Below, piece after piece: positions 24,018 to 36,907 of a DNA stretch of 64,000 nt. The notes below the pieces were generated by a model. That model was not told where the DNA came from. It worked only from the letters and a program-made list of their open reading frames with translations, and searched no databases. Source of the DNA: Haliotis rubra (lineage: Eukaryota). Both the position numbers and the translations under genes were made by a program. The stretch's first letter is position 1. Every line of letters starts with the position of its first letter. The stretch lies in contig NW_025766980.1 in NCBI RefSeq assembly GCF_003918875.1, positions 2,418,001 to 2,482,000 of the forward strand, in the 5' to 3' direction.

Positions 24018-26311
24018 CTGCAAACAAAAAGTAAATATGGCTAACTAGCAGCCCCAACACAACGACCAAGGTATTGAGTAGGTGAAATAGCCAGGCAGTG
24101 TGGGTGTAGGGCACTATTACTGAACCAGCATCGAGACAGTCAGGGCGAAGGATTCACAACAGGTTCTCAATAGTTAGTGTGGCTTTTATTGAAAATCAAT
24201 TACAAATATGTTAACGCATTGAAGAGGAAATATTTACTTTATCAGAAATTGTACATCATCTCTCAAGCACACATGAGTTCATTTAGTACAAATTCTTCTC
24301 TTAAAAATACTGTGATTGTTGTTCAGATTTACACAGAAAGTGAAAGAGTCAGACTTTGTAAACAAAGTTTGATGATGTCAAATGCATAATTCAAAATTAG
24401 AACTATTTCAAGGTATTTCTAACAACAGAATAAACCTTTGAATAGGTGTCATTTAGAAAGGGTTTAAAGTAAGATTTTACAACTGTACACATAAATTCTT
24501 ACAGAATTTCCATGAAGCATAAACATGGCAAATTACAAACTGTTTTAGTAAACAATTTAATATGAAACAAATGCTTCACCACAAAACAATGAATATCAAA
24601 TCATGAAAACCATAAAATCATGCTGAAATTAATAAACCAGCCAACGAGCTGTCAAGCATTCCAAGTTAATTGTGTGTTTCAACCTTTGTTAGCCATTATA
24701 CAATAGGCTGGTACATCACACCCATACTTGTTTGTTGTACCAAGGATTACCCACTGTGCTTGGAAAGCCAAGCCTTCTGGAAACCAGCAACAAGGGATGT
24801 AACTGATCAATTATCAATTTCAACAGCTGATAATTAACACAGCAAGGCTGCACGTTGTACAATGTTTATTTTCCACAGACCGATGGTAACGGTGCAAAAT
24901 CCGGGCAACTTATGTGCCATTCAGGGCTTGTTTGATAACAAAACACAGAGAATATCAGGACATGATGCCAGTGTCTAATGCTCTCATTGTGTTGCTGGAT
25001 GGCAACCCTCTGTCAGAGCTATAGCAACCATGCTCCAAGCTGTGACAGAACACATCCTTCTCGTCCTGACTGAAATGGCTTCACATATATGGCAAACTGT
25101 TCCTTGCAAAAGAACACCAGAAAATGGCATTTAGCAATGATTGAATTAACTATCATGTTTCCATTTAAGCCACATGGTAACCTAAAGGACATATTCATGT
25201 TAAACAAAGTTGTCATTGTTATCAAATGTTACAAAATCATATTCTGTATGTGTTTCATTTTGAATTGTGCACATATGGAACTGAGATCATATCAATAGTA
25301 TGATTCATGCTAAAAGAGATACTGACAAAATATATTATAAGCAGAAGACAATATATATGAATATATAAACACTCAGAATATGCTGACCAACACCCCCCTG
25401 CCACCCACCCTATCTCATAATAGAACTGACCCACCAATTCATTAGGACCAGTCTACTGTTCACATTAGGAGTGATGGGTGATCCAGTCAACAGAAAGTGA
25501 CCTCTCATGATTATGTTAAAAGTTCTCAAGTTGCAAATCCCTTGTCCATTCCGGGTGATCTGTCTCTGACAAGCAGTTATCTCCCTTTGATCCCACTCAT
25601 CTGAATGGATTAATGAAACTACGCCCTGCAATTATTCCCTAAAGAATAACCCTTATCAACATGTCAAATAAAATTAGCGCTCTGTTAAACATTCGGACAA
25701 CAGACATTTGTGAGTGTCAGATGTGACAAGTGGCATTTATTTACATGCGATGGAAGTAAAAAACATAACAACAAAAAACACTAACACAAGAAAACATGGT
25801 TCATGCGGCAACAAGAACATTAATTATACTTCCCAAAAATGTAACGAAACATACATGAGTTTAACTGGCGTCATGCTGATTAGAGTGTCGTAACTTTCAT
25901 ATCCAACAGATCAACAGTGATAGTAGCAAGTCATTTATGGCCTGTCACATGATACATGAGCTTAAAGTTGGACGAAAGAGAACACAGTGTAATTAAATTC
26001 ACCAAATGCGATTCCATTGCAGTCCTGCTCAATTGTAGATACGAGAGGGTTGGAAGTTCAAAGCATGGGCAAACCACACAGTGTGAACTGGGGACAGTTT
26101 TGTAGCAATGGCCGACAGTTTTGATGCATTGTGGACACCTCTTTGACTGCCACGCTATTAATCATGGCTCCTCCTTGCATTACAAGTGGTAGTAGTAATT
26201 GAACGTTAGTGCTACAGAATGGGTTAGAGGCTACAGGTGAAGCTGGTGGCAAAAGCCGATTATGAATGATTACATTCGATTTAAATGGCATTCCTTCCCA
26301 AGATGCATTAC

Positions 26312-26527
26312 CTGTTTCACAGTCCTCGCCTGTGAAATGGCGCTCGCATATGCAGCGATGGGTCTCCACATCGTACACTCCATGGCTTGAGCAGTCTTTA
26401 GCGCATATTTGCGTCACATTTATTTTGTCGGGTACGCTACACGCATTCCCTCTATAGCCCTTGAAACACATACACTGGCCGTGGATGCACACCCCGTTAC
26501 CAGAGCAATTGGACATAACACAGTCAA
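26312..26527 (-). CDS. Ten-m: Teneurin exon, EGF4-5
   Basis: ttctcag|TT ... ACA G|gtaatg; 216 nt, phase 1-1; EGF5 has 5 Cys (HGVY). Confidence 0.95.
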
Positions 26528-28536
26528 CTGAGAAAGCAACAGAAAGAGTGCACAGATGAAAGCAAGCACACTAACACAGAGACTTATACAGAAATACACT
26601 GTACAACATAGAGACATGTGCAAGAGGTTCTCGGATGCAAGATGACAACCATCATTTCGCTACTCACATTTTAGAAACCATAGTGCTACTCCAAACTTTA
26701 ACCTGACTTGTCAAAGCGCTCTTACATAAATCACTTTTGAAATATAATATCTAAAACTATAAATTTAAGCTCTGATGTAAAATGGCCAATATGTCCTAAA
26801 GAATTTCACCCTTTTTGTTGACATTATTATTCATAATATTTTTCTTGAAATTTCATACTGCATATTTTCATAAGGACATCTCTTAATGTAATTCACTTTT
26901 TACCCATTTAAAAGATTTTTATCTCATATGGACAACTTCTTGCACAGTCTTATTCATTATATTCTCCAGACTTGATCAGATTGCACTGTGGCTCATATTA
27001 CCTCAGTCTGTTACAACAAACATTCATTGCAACATTTATTAGGATAAAAAAGCTTCGGCTCGTGTAATTACACCACAGAATTCGGAGAATAAACTGAATA
27101 ATGTGAACACACACTGAATTATGTGTGAAATTATACAGAATTATCTGTTCGCAAAGAATCTTTTCGGAGCCATTTTTCTATGCAGAAGCTAGTATATTTT
27201 GTCATACTGTACAAAAACAGTAACATGACACCCTCTCTCAATCTGATCAAGTTGGTCTGAACAGAAATGATGTGATGCTCACTGTCAGAGTGCTACAAGA
27301 TATGTGGAACACAATTACCACTTGTCTGTGACTCAACTCTAAAACAAGCAGCTGATATCATATCTATGATATAAATTGAGATAACAAAAACAGCCTAGAA
27401 ATAAATTGATAAACAAACACGTTGTAAAACACCTTATTCCCACCACCACACATATCACACTATACAAATCTCATCTCTACCCAAATCAACTCCGCTCGAA
27501 GGCCATTTTGTATCAATCTTCAGCTGTTTTAATAGTATTTTAAATCAGCAGCAAAATTCCATTTCAAATGCAAATTTGGTTGTTTTTTTTGGGAATATTT
27601 CCCATTTTTTACTCTTCCATTTCCATACGCAACAGGACAAATTTTCTGACTGGTCACATTGCTTCATCATTCCCCAATTTTTCACACTGAAGGAAACCAG
27701 TGTTGGCGTGAAAAAAGACTTGAAGTGATTCATAACTTGTGAAGGGGAGGTAACTCTGACAAATCATTCACCGTGAGCCTGTACAAAAAACTTCCTTTTT
27801 CTAAGATCTATTTCCGATCATGATCAGTCACACAGCATGTTGATTCGCTTACGTTATTCGTCAACTGCCTTCAGGGTAGCTGAGTGCCACAAATTTATCT
27901 TTTGAAATACAGAATTAGAGTTTCTAGCCTACACAGCCATTTTTTCACTCCAAATTTTCTAAAGCAACAGGGTGATAATTTTTCCATTTTGCATTCAATC
28001 AATATTTTACTCTGAACATCTGTGTGCTATATTAGATATTTTATGTTAACAGCAATGTATGGCAAGGCATTGTCGCCATCTGCTTTCTCCTGGCACTGAG
28101 CGGCAGGAGTTCAGCTTGGGACACGCAGCTGAGTATTTTGGGGGACCAACCAATAGCATGAGGTGGAATCTAAACACACAGTCCCCCTGCCCCATTTGTT
28201 TACATACTTGGGGAAGAAAAAACATTCTGGCATTGCAGTTCCAGATGTGTGTTGGAAAACATGGTTAAACTAAACTACCCCTTGATGTCTTTTTGAACAG
28301 CTTGCCGTCATCGTGAGATGGCAGCCAAAATGGCAGTTGCCTGTTTCATTAATGCTGATTAGTTAATTATCAAGCCCTATTTCATAACATTGTTAACATT
28401 GTAGAATGTTCAGACATGTGTTGTCCACGTTTATTGTTAATATATTTAACATTTAAGCATTCCCTTAGTAGAAACATTTATGAAAATTGTCATGGTTATT
28501 CATAAAATTTGGAATGTTAGATTGATGCTAATTAGA

Positions 28537-28702
28537 CTGACCGACTGAGTTTGGTTTTACGCCGCTTTTAGCAATATTCCAGCAACATCACGGCGGGGGA
28601 CACCAGAAATGGGCTTCACACAATGTGCCCATGTGGGGATTCGAACCCGGGTCTTCGGCGTGACGAGCCAACGGTTTAACCATTAGGCTACCCCACCGCC
28701 CC
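28537..28702 (-). mobile_element. SINE family A, full length, 13-bp TSD
   Basis: B box GGTTCGAATCC on minus strand; TSD gatgctaattaga at 28524-28536 and 28703-28715. Confidence 0.93.
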
Positions 28703-29340
28703 GATGCTAATTAGAAGAGTGTTAACTGAGGGAGTGGTCTATGAATGTAGTGTCTTTATAGGACTTCTTCACCAGAGCTTTGCAGGAAGAGGGTGGGAGG
28801 AAGAGGGTAGGAGGAGCTGTGTTGGGTGGGTGGAAACTGGGGTGGCCCAGGGAAGAGGTAGGAGAGGGCAATAACAGATGGTGAAGAAGGTGGGTGGGGA
28901 AGGTAAGCTCAAGAAATTGTCAAGAGAGGAATACTTTGGGAGTATCTCATTGCGATGAACCTTTTCCACATTCTTGGACCTATAACACATCTGACGACCA
29001 TATCAACATCACATCAGTTCTCCATAGACATGACAGTCTCAGAAACCAAACCATCACAGAATATACATCATTAAGAAACACATCCACCAGCCATCAGTGA
29101 AGAGATTTCACAAGAACTTTGTGATGGTTTAGTTTTGAGATATGAAATCATATATGTTACATCAAGTTGGAAAAGCACAACAGCAGAAAATAAGAAAAAA
29201 GAAATTAATTATTAAACGTGTGATGAAATTAAAGGATACATGTATACATATGAAACATTGGATTGCACGTTATAATTCTGTTATCACCAGTCGATTCCTT
29301 TTTCAGTTTACTTAACAAACCAAACACTCAACATGTTACA

Positions 29341-29618
29341 GGGGCAAGGGTGGCCCATTGTCTCAGGAGCTGCAAGTCACCGTACAGAGTTGCGTCCCTT
29401 GGCCACACTGAACCCTGATGAAACACGTATGACGTGGTTTCGAATCTTGGTTGGCACCAAATATGTGTCAGCATCATTCCCATGCTCATGGGTTCCACCA
29501 AATGGTGAACCTCAGAGACCAGCATCACATCAGGCTTTCCTCCCAAGCTAAGCTGACACGCTGTGATATAACTGGAGTACTGTTTGAAGCTGCTGTAAAC
29601 CCCCTCACTCACTCACTC
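29341..29618 (+). mobile_element. Probable SINE family C, (CACT)n tail
   Basis: B-box-like gtttcgaatc; 3' end tgtgatataactggagtactg...gtaaac related to the family A 3' end; homologous inverted copy at about 39590-39709. Confidence 0.6.
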
Positions 29619-30465
29619 AATATTTACATGTTATAAACACAACAAACTGGTGCTGATAATAACGACATGTTACAGTCAGTATATACTTCCAGTTTTACAA
29701 ACGATTCCTCTTTGTCTTTCCTTTAACTATAGAAGCATTTACTAAGCAAGGTAATATATTTTCTACCACAGTGATCTCTACAGAAGAAAGAAGACACTCT
29801 TACAGAGTTCTAGAGAAAGAAACTAATTTTTCCTGACCATTCCTATCTGTCACAGACAAGGTTCAGTCACCATCAGCTAACAATATTGTGTTGTTCTGAA
29901 CTAATCCCATTTTGGCATTAGCTGGAAATGTTTTACTGCACTACCCTTACTTGAAATGAATCTAATTCAAAGACCAACCATGACAGTTGGTTTTCGTATT
30001 AAGTTTGGAGAAGAAAATAATCAAAATGAAATTACTTTTTTTCCTTCTTTTTGTAGATAACAGTTTCTTTGCTGACAATATTCCATTATATTTATTGGCT
30101 TTCTTTCAACAAGTACTGAGAAAGTTTTGTCAGTGTATTTCTTTCAGGGAATTCTGTGACAGAAAAGAAATTGTCATAGAAACATTAAAAGAAGAATTTT
30201 CTACATGCTGGTATCTTGTATTCCTCAATACTTTTAGGGGACAATTCACAAGTCTCATATCTCAATACTAATCCCAGTGGTTTTCAAGCCAGGTCTCCCA
30301 ATAATCCCCGAGGCAAGACAACTCACTTCCTTTAGTTTGCCATTTCATGACATCAGGCATACCCCTGAACAATGAATGGAACATGCTGCCAATAATGTTG
30401 CAACATATGGGTGGATCTTCCATTGATCCAGTGTGGGTGAAAGGTATGACAATAACAGAACTTAC

Positions 30466-30660
30466 CAATGCCACAATCTGGTCCTTGGAACCCTTGGAAG
30501 CAGACGCACTGTCCGTTGATACAATGTCCATTTCCGTTACAGTTGGGGACTTGGCATTCATTTTCTCGATACTCGCATTCTCTTCCCTTCCAGTTCATGT
30601 GGCACTTGCACACACCATGAGCATACAAACCATTGCCGCTGCACAGAATTGGACATTTTT
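30466..30660 (-). CDS. Ten-m: Teneurin exon, EGF2-3
   Basis: tttcag|AA ... ATT G|gtaagt; 195 nt, phase 1-1; EGF2 has 5 Cys (CSGNGLY). Confidence 0.96.
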
Positions 30661-33600
30661 CTGAAATCAAAAACAAAATTTTAAAAAGAAGTCTCCAAAG
30701 GGCATTAAGAAGCTGGAAGACTTTTATGGATAACAACTTCTCTATCTCTCGCATGTGATGATTCAGGGCTATAACTTGCACCTTCTTGTGGTAAACAGAA
30801 CAAAATAGAGTTACAATATTACAAAACTATAGTTGTTAGCCACAAAATGTGTTTGCCTTTTTTGCAAAACTTGAAACCTACATGATGGAAAACGTGGATT
30901 GAAACAGGTAAACCCTGACTGGCAGTGTGATCCACTGTAACACAACAGGCTGTTACTAACAGAATCTTGACAACCCAATGGTTGACAACAAGACACTCTC
31001 AGAAATATTACCACCCACAAAACACTGGTATGAAATCTTGGCACATTCAAAATGGCCACCTACCACTGTATACAGCCACCATCCCTACACACAATCTGTT
31101 TGCAGAGGCTAAAGTTGTATTTAATGTTGACCCATATGACAGAAACTATTCAAATAAATAATCAAAATTGAAGGTAACATAATTTTTTCTTCATTTTAAA
31201 CAAAAAGAGAATTTTCTTGTATTATGCAATGTCCATCTCTTTATTTTGCAAACTTGACACCCATGTGACAACGATATTATTCTGTCAACTTATCTGTGCT
31301 GGCATATGATCTAACCAAACGTACGATGACACGTGAAACAATGGGCATAATTTTCCAAATATTGATATTAATTCCTTCCACGAACAACTGTTTACATTTC
31401 ATTTCGTGTTTCTCTATCAATGGGGTTGGGTAGTCAGTTAATCAACAGACAATAGCATATAATTTGACCCCAAAGTTTGCAAATGTTAGAAACGAAAGTG
31501 ACGCGCTCCCAATTACAACAACAAATGAGGAAATGGACTTCCTTTATTCATTGTAAATGTCGTCAATGTCCATGAAAGAGAAACAGAAGTGCCGATATTT
31601 GATTAGTACAGGTCCTTTTGTCTTCATACAAGACAGTCGCAGGTCTGCAAGGAATGGTAACATTCCGACTGTGGGCTTTGTTCGTTTGACGACACAGGGG
31701 TATTTCTCGCTGCAGTGGCGCGACCCCATAATAGGAAAATATCACGGAGGGGCTGTTGTGCCTAAGGTCCTTCTCACAAACAATTAGACTGCCATATTGA
31801 TTTTTTGACATTTGAAAATAATAATTTGACTGACTGAATATGGCCTTTGAACATGAGTGGTCACAGGGGATTTGGGGATGCCCGTGATGTTATCGGGGGG
31901 AAATTGGGACGGATTCCCTAAATGAGACAATTTCATTTTGGAATGACAATTTTTTTACTGAAAATTCATCTCTTGGTTATCTAAAATTCTCGAAATAATC
32001 AAGTTTCCAAAGTGAAGCTATGATATGTTGATACTTGGAAATTGAGGAAAATGAAGTCCAGACGTTTTGTGATGATTAAATTGATTGAAATGGGACACAA
32101 AACCCTTCTCCATTTCACCAGTGAAAAAACTACTAATTTTTTCCGAGGTTTCAAAAAACAGTTCCTACCCCTCAAAGACACAGGAGACATACAATACCAC
32201 CTAAAACTCCCAATCCCCGGAAAAACAGGAAATGAAAACAAACTAGCTTGACTTCTTTCGAAAGCCACGATCCACCTCCGTGACAACGGTATGTTTAGAT
32301 TATTTAAATTCAATTTGAATAAAAGACAATATTTATTTTTCAATGGTCATTACTATTATGTAATTCATACCATTATCTGCATCAAGTCAGTGAAATACAC
32401 CAATGTTTGGAGAGACAGAGAGACTAGTTCAATTTCAATGTTCAAATGTATTTTTGACGTTAGTGGCTGCCATTGATTAAGGTGTGAATGGGCGAGGAAC
32501 ACGTTTGAAAGCTTGAGGAAACTTTTTGCCTTGATGCTAGACAAGTGAAAGGAAAATGTTTCAATTTCGGATGCAATTTTCAATTGGAGAAATGGTGAGA
32601 GCGAGTCCTGCTGACTGAATCATCTATGCCTGAACAATGGCTTCACATGCCCCTTGCTTGTGCCGTTATTGCCGTTCCGAGAAGCAGAGAGAGGGAGGAA
32701 AGAGATGGATCTAGGAGGAAGTTTCACTTAATTCTGGCTTTTGATTCTAAAGGTCTAATACCTCTTGGTGACACTTTGATTAATCTGAGCGCGTCAGCTC
32801 GTTCTTCGTAATTCTTCCAGGAGATCCTGGACCAACTTGGGGGCAGCCAACTGTTAGCGGCCATCATCAACAGACACAATAGCTACACTAACAAAGTTTC
32901 AGAGCATTCTTCTGGACAAATGTCATTTATTTTGAATTTGTCACAGATGCCCAAGCAAGTCTCATTTCGACAGTTCAAGGGGCTGAAAACCCCACAGGTT
33001 TCTGGGCCGTCTGCCAAAAAATGCATTTGTTTTCACGTTTTGTCCAGCATTTCCTGTGATGTCAATTCCATCGCTTAAACCAATTACGAATCCGATCAGT
33101 TTTGGAGTTGATCTCGTGGAAAAAGGCATTTATTTGTGCTCTGTGTTCCGTGTCCTGTATCTGCAACCCCACAGTGGTGTCAGCCATGATAATCCTGTCT
33201 CCCCGTCGAGGTTAATGATAAATTTTACAAGAAAATATGAGTTTTAACCTCATTACCATCCTGTCTCGACACCATAAAGTTGGCGGATTATACCGACAAT
33301 GAATTACCGTGTGTGAGAGAGGACGTCCATCCTTGGATGGACGTCCTTGCAGACACGATGGGGACAGTGGAATAATTAGAGGACAGTGGCACGGTGAGTC
33401 AGCCATTCTGAATAATATCTGTTTGCTCCATTCCTCCTTCAAGTTGGGCCATTAATAACATCGCTCATTGGAATTCCCCAAAGTTGAGTTGTCCAGGCTT
33501 TGATAACCATTTGTATCACTTACAATGGGCCTGTGTTTATTTGCTTAGCAATCCAGAGGCACAACTGACAGTAAGTGATCAAACACACATTATTTAATTT

Positions 33601-33876
33601 GTGGTATGATGAATTTTGCGTGCAGTGTTAGAGGTAGGGGTATTCACTGCGGCACCATCAAGGGGGACAAAATCATAGCCTAATCTAATTTAACTGCTTG
33701 TTGAAAGACCTGGCTCAGCCTAATAATGTGCAAAGAAGTTGTAATGCTTTTTTTCAATTTTGACAAAAAAAGAATAGTGAGCTGCCTAATTTATTAAGTA
33801 AGGAAAGTTGTTCCTGTCTGGTGAGAGAGAAAAAGGGGAGGAGATGATTATGTAAGATACTTCCCCCTCTGACAAT

Positions 33877-34275
33877 CAGGGTTTTACATGACGCGTGATT
33901 CCTGCGTATTTGACGCAACAATTTTGTAAATGACTCTCAAAATACTCAAACTTGACGCAAGTTTTATAGGTGGCCTTACAATTCAGTTCAATAAAAATCA
34001 ATTTGATAAGCAAAAATTGATATTGTTCGATGATAGTTTGACTTTTACAGAGCTGTCAGATTGTTCCAGAGAGCTCAGAGGAGACAGTAATCCAGGCTGT
34101 GTGAACTGAACTATGCTGTAGTTTCATTTGGTACGTGGTGTGACATACACAGTTACATACTGAGAATGATAAACACAAAGAAATATTACAATTTTCATGA
34201 CTCCCAAATATTGAAAATTACTCCCAAAAATACATATTGTGAGTCACCATGACTCCAAGTCTGTGTAAAACCCTG
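33877..34275. mobile_element. hAT-like MITE, 12-bp perfect terminal inverted repeats (TIRs), 6-bp TSD
   Basis: cagggttttaca ... tgtaaaaccctg; gacaat at 33871-33876 and 34276-34281; subterminal tgacgc/tgactc motifs. Confidence 0.85.
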
Positions 34276-34534
34276 GACAATGTGCTGACAAATGCCAGAA
34301 TAATGGTGATTATACTCATCATACTTACTGTGATGATGATCATGCTGTGAGAGAGAGTGAGTGAGTGAGGTTGGGTTTTAAGTGTGTATTCATCAATATC
34401 CCTAATGCTGTGTGAGAGAGAGGTGGGCAGGAGAGAGCAAGTGTGTATTCATCATAGCCCTAATTAAGATTTACCTGACCTCTCAGTTATAAGTTTGCCA
34501 TCTAGCACTTTTTAAAATAATTTGCCAAACTCAC

Positions 34535-34636
34535 TTTCAGCACAGGCTTCTCCTTGGTAACCGGGAAAACACTGACACCTGCCACCAACACAACGTCCAT
34601 TACCATGGCAATCACCAGGACAACCACTTTGCATTC
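34535..34636 (-). CDS. Ten-m: Teneurin exon, EGF1 ([33 protein letters not shown])
   Basis: ttttcag|GA ... GAA A|gtgagt; 102 nt, phase 1-1; ORF track shows a different frame. Confidence 0.95.
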
Positions 34637-35296
34637 CTGAAAATCAGAAAAAATAACAATTCTTAAACAATTAATAAATGACAAAACTTTGCCAGACAGA
34701 CATTTTTGTCACCTAAATGTTAACATAATAATGTCCAGACAACTGACATTCAGTTGAGATGAAGACTGCCGAAGGAGTGTAGGTTGGAGATGTCTGGAAG
34801 TACCACCCTGACAATTAATGCCCATCTGATAATATCAACTAGTCTGGCCGATAAGAACATCAGTAAAAGTCGTCTGTATACTCAGGCGAGGTTACATTTG
34901 TACAAATCACACTTCTAGATGAGACATAGATATAAGTGCCTCTGAAAGACTAGCCACTGCCAGAAATGACCATAAAATCCACACTTGCCATCGACAGTCT
35001 CGCTCTCCAAATGTCAATGTGGAAACTGGCCAGTCTAATTGCCACTGGGACCGATAACATAGCAAGACACTTTACTTATATGGCTCGAACATTGGTAATT
35101 TCAAATATGATGCAGAAGCTAAGAAGGATAAGACATTTCTTGCTATTTGAATACTCACATATTTGACAGCAGACACACATTTACCAGCCAATAATGCTCG
35201 GACTTTATCTTGGTAGACAGACATTACAGAGTTTCATGTTGTAACAGACGCAAAAGTAACATTAACTGATCTGCCACTTTGTTAATGACTTTAAGA

Positions 35297-35442
35297 ACAG
35301 TGGGGTAGTCCAGTGGTTAAAGCATTCACTCATCAGGCTGAAGCACCAGGTTTGATTCCACACAATGTGTGAAGCCCATTAGTTGGGCCACCCATTGTGA
35401 TATAGTCCAGTATAGCTAAAAGTGTTGTAAAACATACTCACT
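35297..35442 (+). mobile_element. SINE family A, degenerate copy
   Basis: gtggggtagtccagtggttaaagc...ggtttgattcc...gaagcccatt...gtgatatag...gtaaaacatactcact. Confidence 0.75.
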
Positions 35443-35780
35443 GAATGACTGTATGTCGCTAGTATATAGCTCACAGAAGAGCAAGTGTTGGAATTTTGGT
35501 AAATGTTTTTCGGCTTTTGTCAAAACTGTGAACATATGGAATAATCTAACACCAAGTCTAGATTTGGTCTGTGTAACATTCTGTGACAGTTACTTCATTC
35601 CCATTACATACAGCACATTGCTACTCTAAAGACATTTAACAACATCTGATGGTTTCAAATAACTACCATTATTTGGGCAAGTTTTGACCAGCCAATTGTT
35701 TGGCAGATACATCAGCACCTGACAAAACTGGAATTGGTCTTACCATACAGCAGCATGAAAACCACGTTCCAAGCATCAGA

Positions 35781-36184
35781 TGAGGTGAGGTGAGGTGAGG
35801 TGAGGTGAGGTGTGGTGTGCTGAAGTGAGGTGAGGTGAGGTGAAATTGGGTTTAACGTCGCGTTGGAGAATATTTCGCTCATATGACAACGTGCATGCGG
35901 GTGTATGTGTAGGTGCGGCTGCTTGTACTAGTCCAGACTGAAGCTGGTTTTATAGTGCTAGCCCACTGAGATACCATGCCGTAGTGAAGCATGAATACCC
36001 CACTCAGACACATTATACTGACTCCAAGCCGACCAGTCCTTGTTGTACCCATTAATGCCGAGTGCCAGGCAGGGACCAACAAGTACCATATTTTAATGTC
36101 TTTGGATATGATGCGGTCGGGGATCGAACCCGCGACCTTCCGCTCTCCAGGCGGACGCTCTAACCACTACACCACGGAGGCGGT
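35781..36184 (-). mobile_element. SINE family B, full length, 13-bp TSD
   Basis: A box TGGTGTAGTGG, B box GGTTCGATCC; TSD tccaagcatcaga at 35768-35780 and 36185-36197. Confidence 0.93.
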
Positions 36185-36332
36185 TCCAAGCATCAGAGAG
36201 TTGTGCCTCACGACAGGTCATTGATAAAGCACAACTCGCTACTGACCACCCAATCCACATTCTTGTTTGGGCAAGTTCTGGAAACTCCGGACAGTTTAAC
36301 TGGAAATTTGGAACAGTTTAACTGGAACTTAC

Positions 36333-36447
36333 TGATGTTGTCAGCTTCCAGTGTGACAGTCTGTGGTTCATCATTGTCATTGTAGATGCCAAGGTACCAA
36401 TCTCCAGAGGTCAAGAACTCCACCAGCCTCATCCTGCCTGCATTCAT
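36333..36447 (-). CDS. Ten-m: Teneurin exon, end of Ig-like domain (MNAGRMRLVEFLTSGDWYLGIYND...)
   Basis: gttgcag|ATG ... ATC A|gtaagt; 115 nt, phase 0-1; G-WYL--YND teneurin motif. Confidence 0.95.
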
Positions 36448-36620
36448 CTGCAACAGGGGTCATAGGTCACAACAGGGATCATAAGGATAAAAGGTCATAA
36501 CAGTCCAAAACAGGTTACAGTGAGGACCAAAAATGACAAATATTGTGTTTCCCAAAGCATCTCATGAAATATTCTAACATCTGAAGACTAGGAAACATAT
36601 CACTTTGCTTTCATGCTGAC

Positions 36621-36907
36621 CTTTGACAAAGCCCTTTTTGACCTTGTTGATTGAACTCGGTTGCCTTCCAATCTCTTCATGAAGTCATACTGGATGTGGG
36701 TGGGTGGGGCACTCCGTCTTCCATACACACCCAATATGGCTGTTGCAGAAAGACTGAAGTTGAACTGAATAAACCCTGCTCTGTCCTGTCCGAACTGGCT
36801 CTGCCAGAAAGACTTTGGTGGAATCTGTTCTGTGAGAGGCTGACCGAACATCACTAACTTTGGAATGGGTAATGGCGTTGGTGTTCCCCACTGATTGCCA
36901 GGGGAGC
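36621..36907 (-). CDS. Ten-m: Teneurin exon, Ig-like domain with furin site (IPPKSFWQSQF...GVYGRRSAPPTHIQYDF...RSKR)
   Basis: Acceptor tttcag|GC (exon start 36907, phase 1) or aatcag|TGG (36890, phase 0); donor AAG|gtcagc; conserved VYGRR--PPTH-QYDF. Confidence 0.93.
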
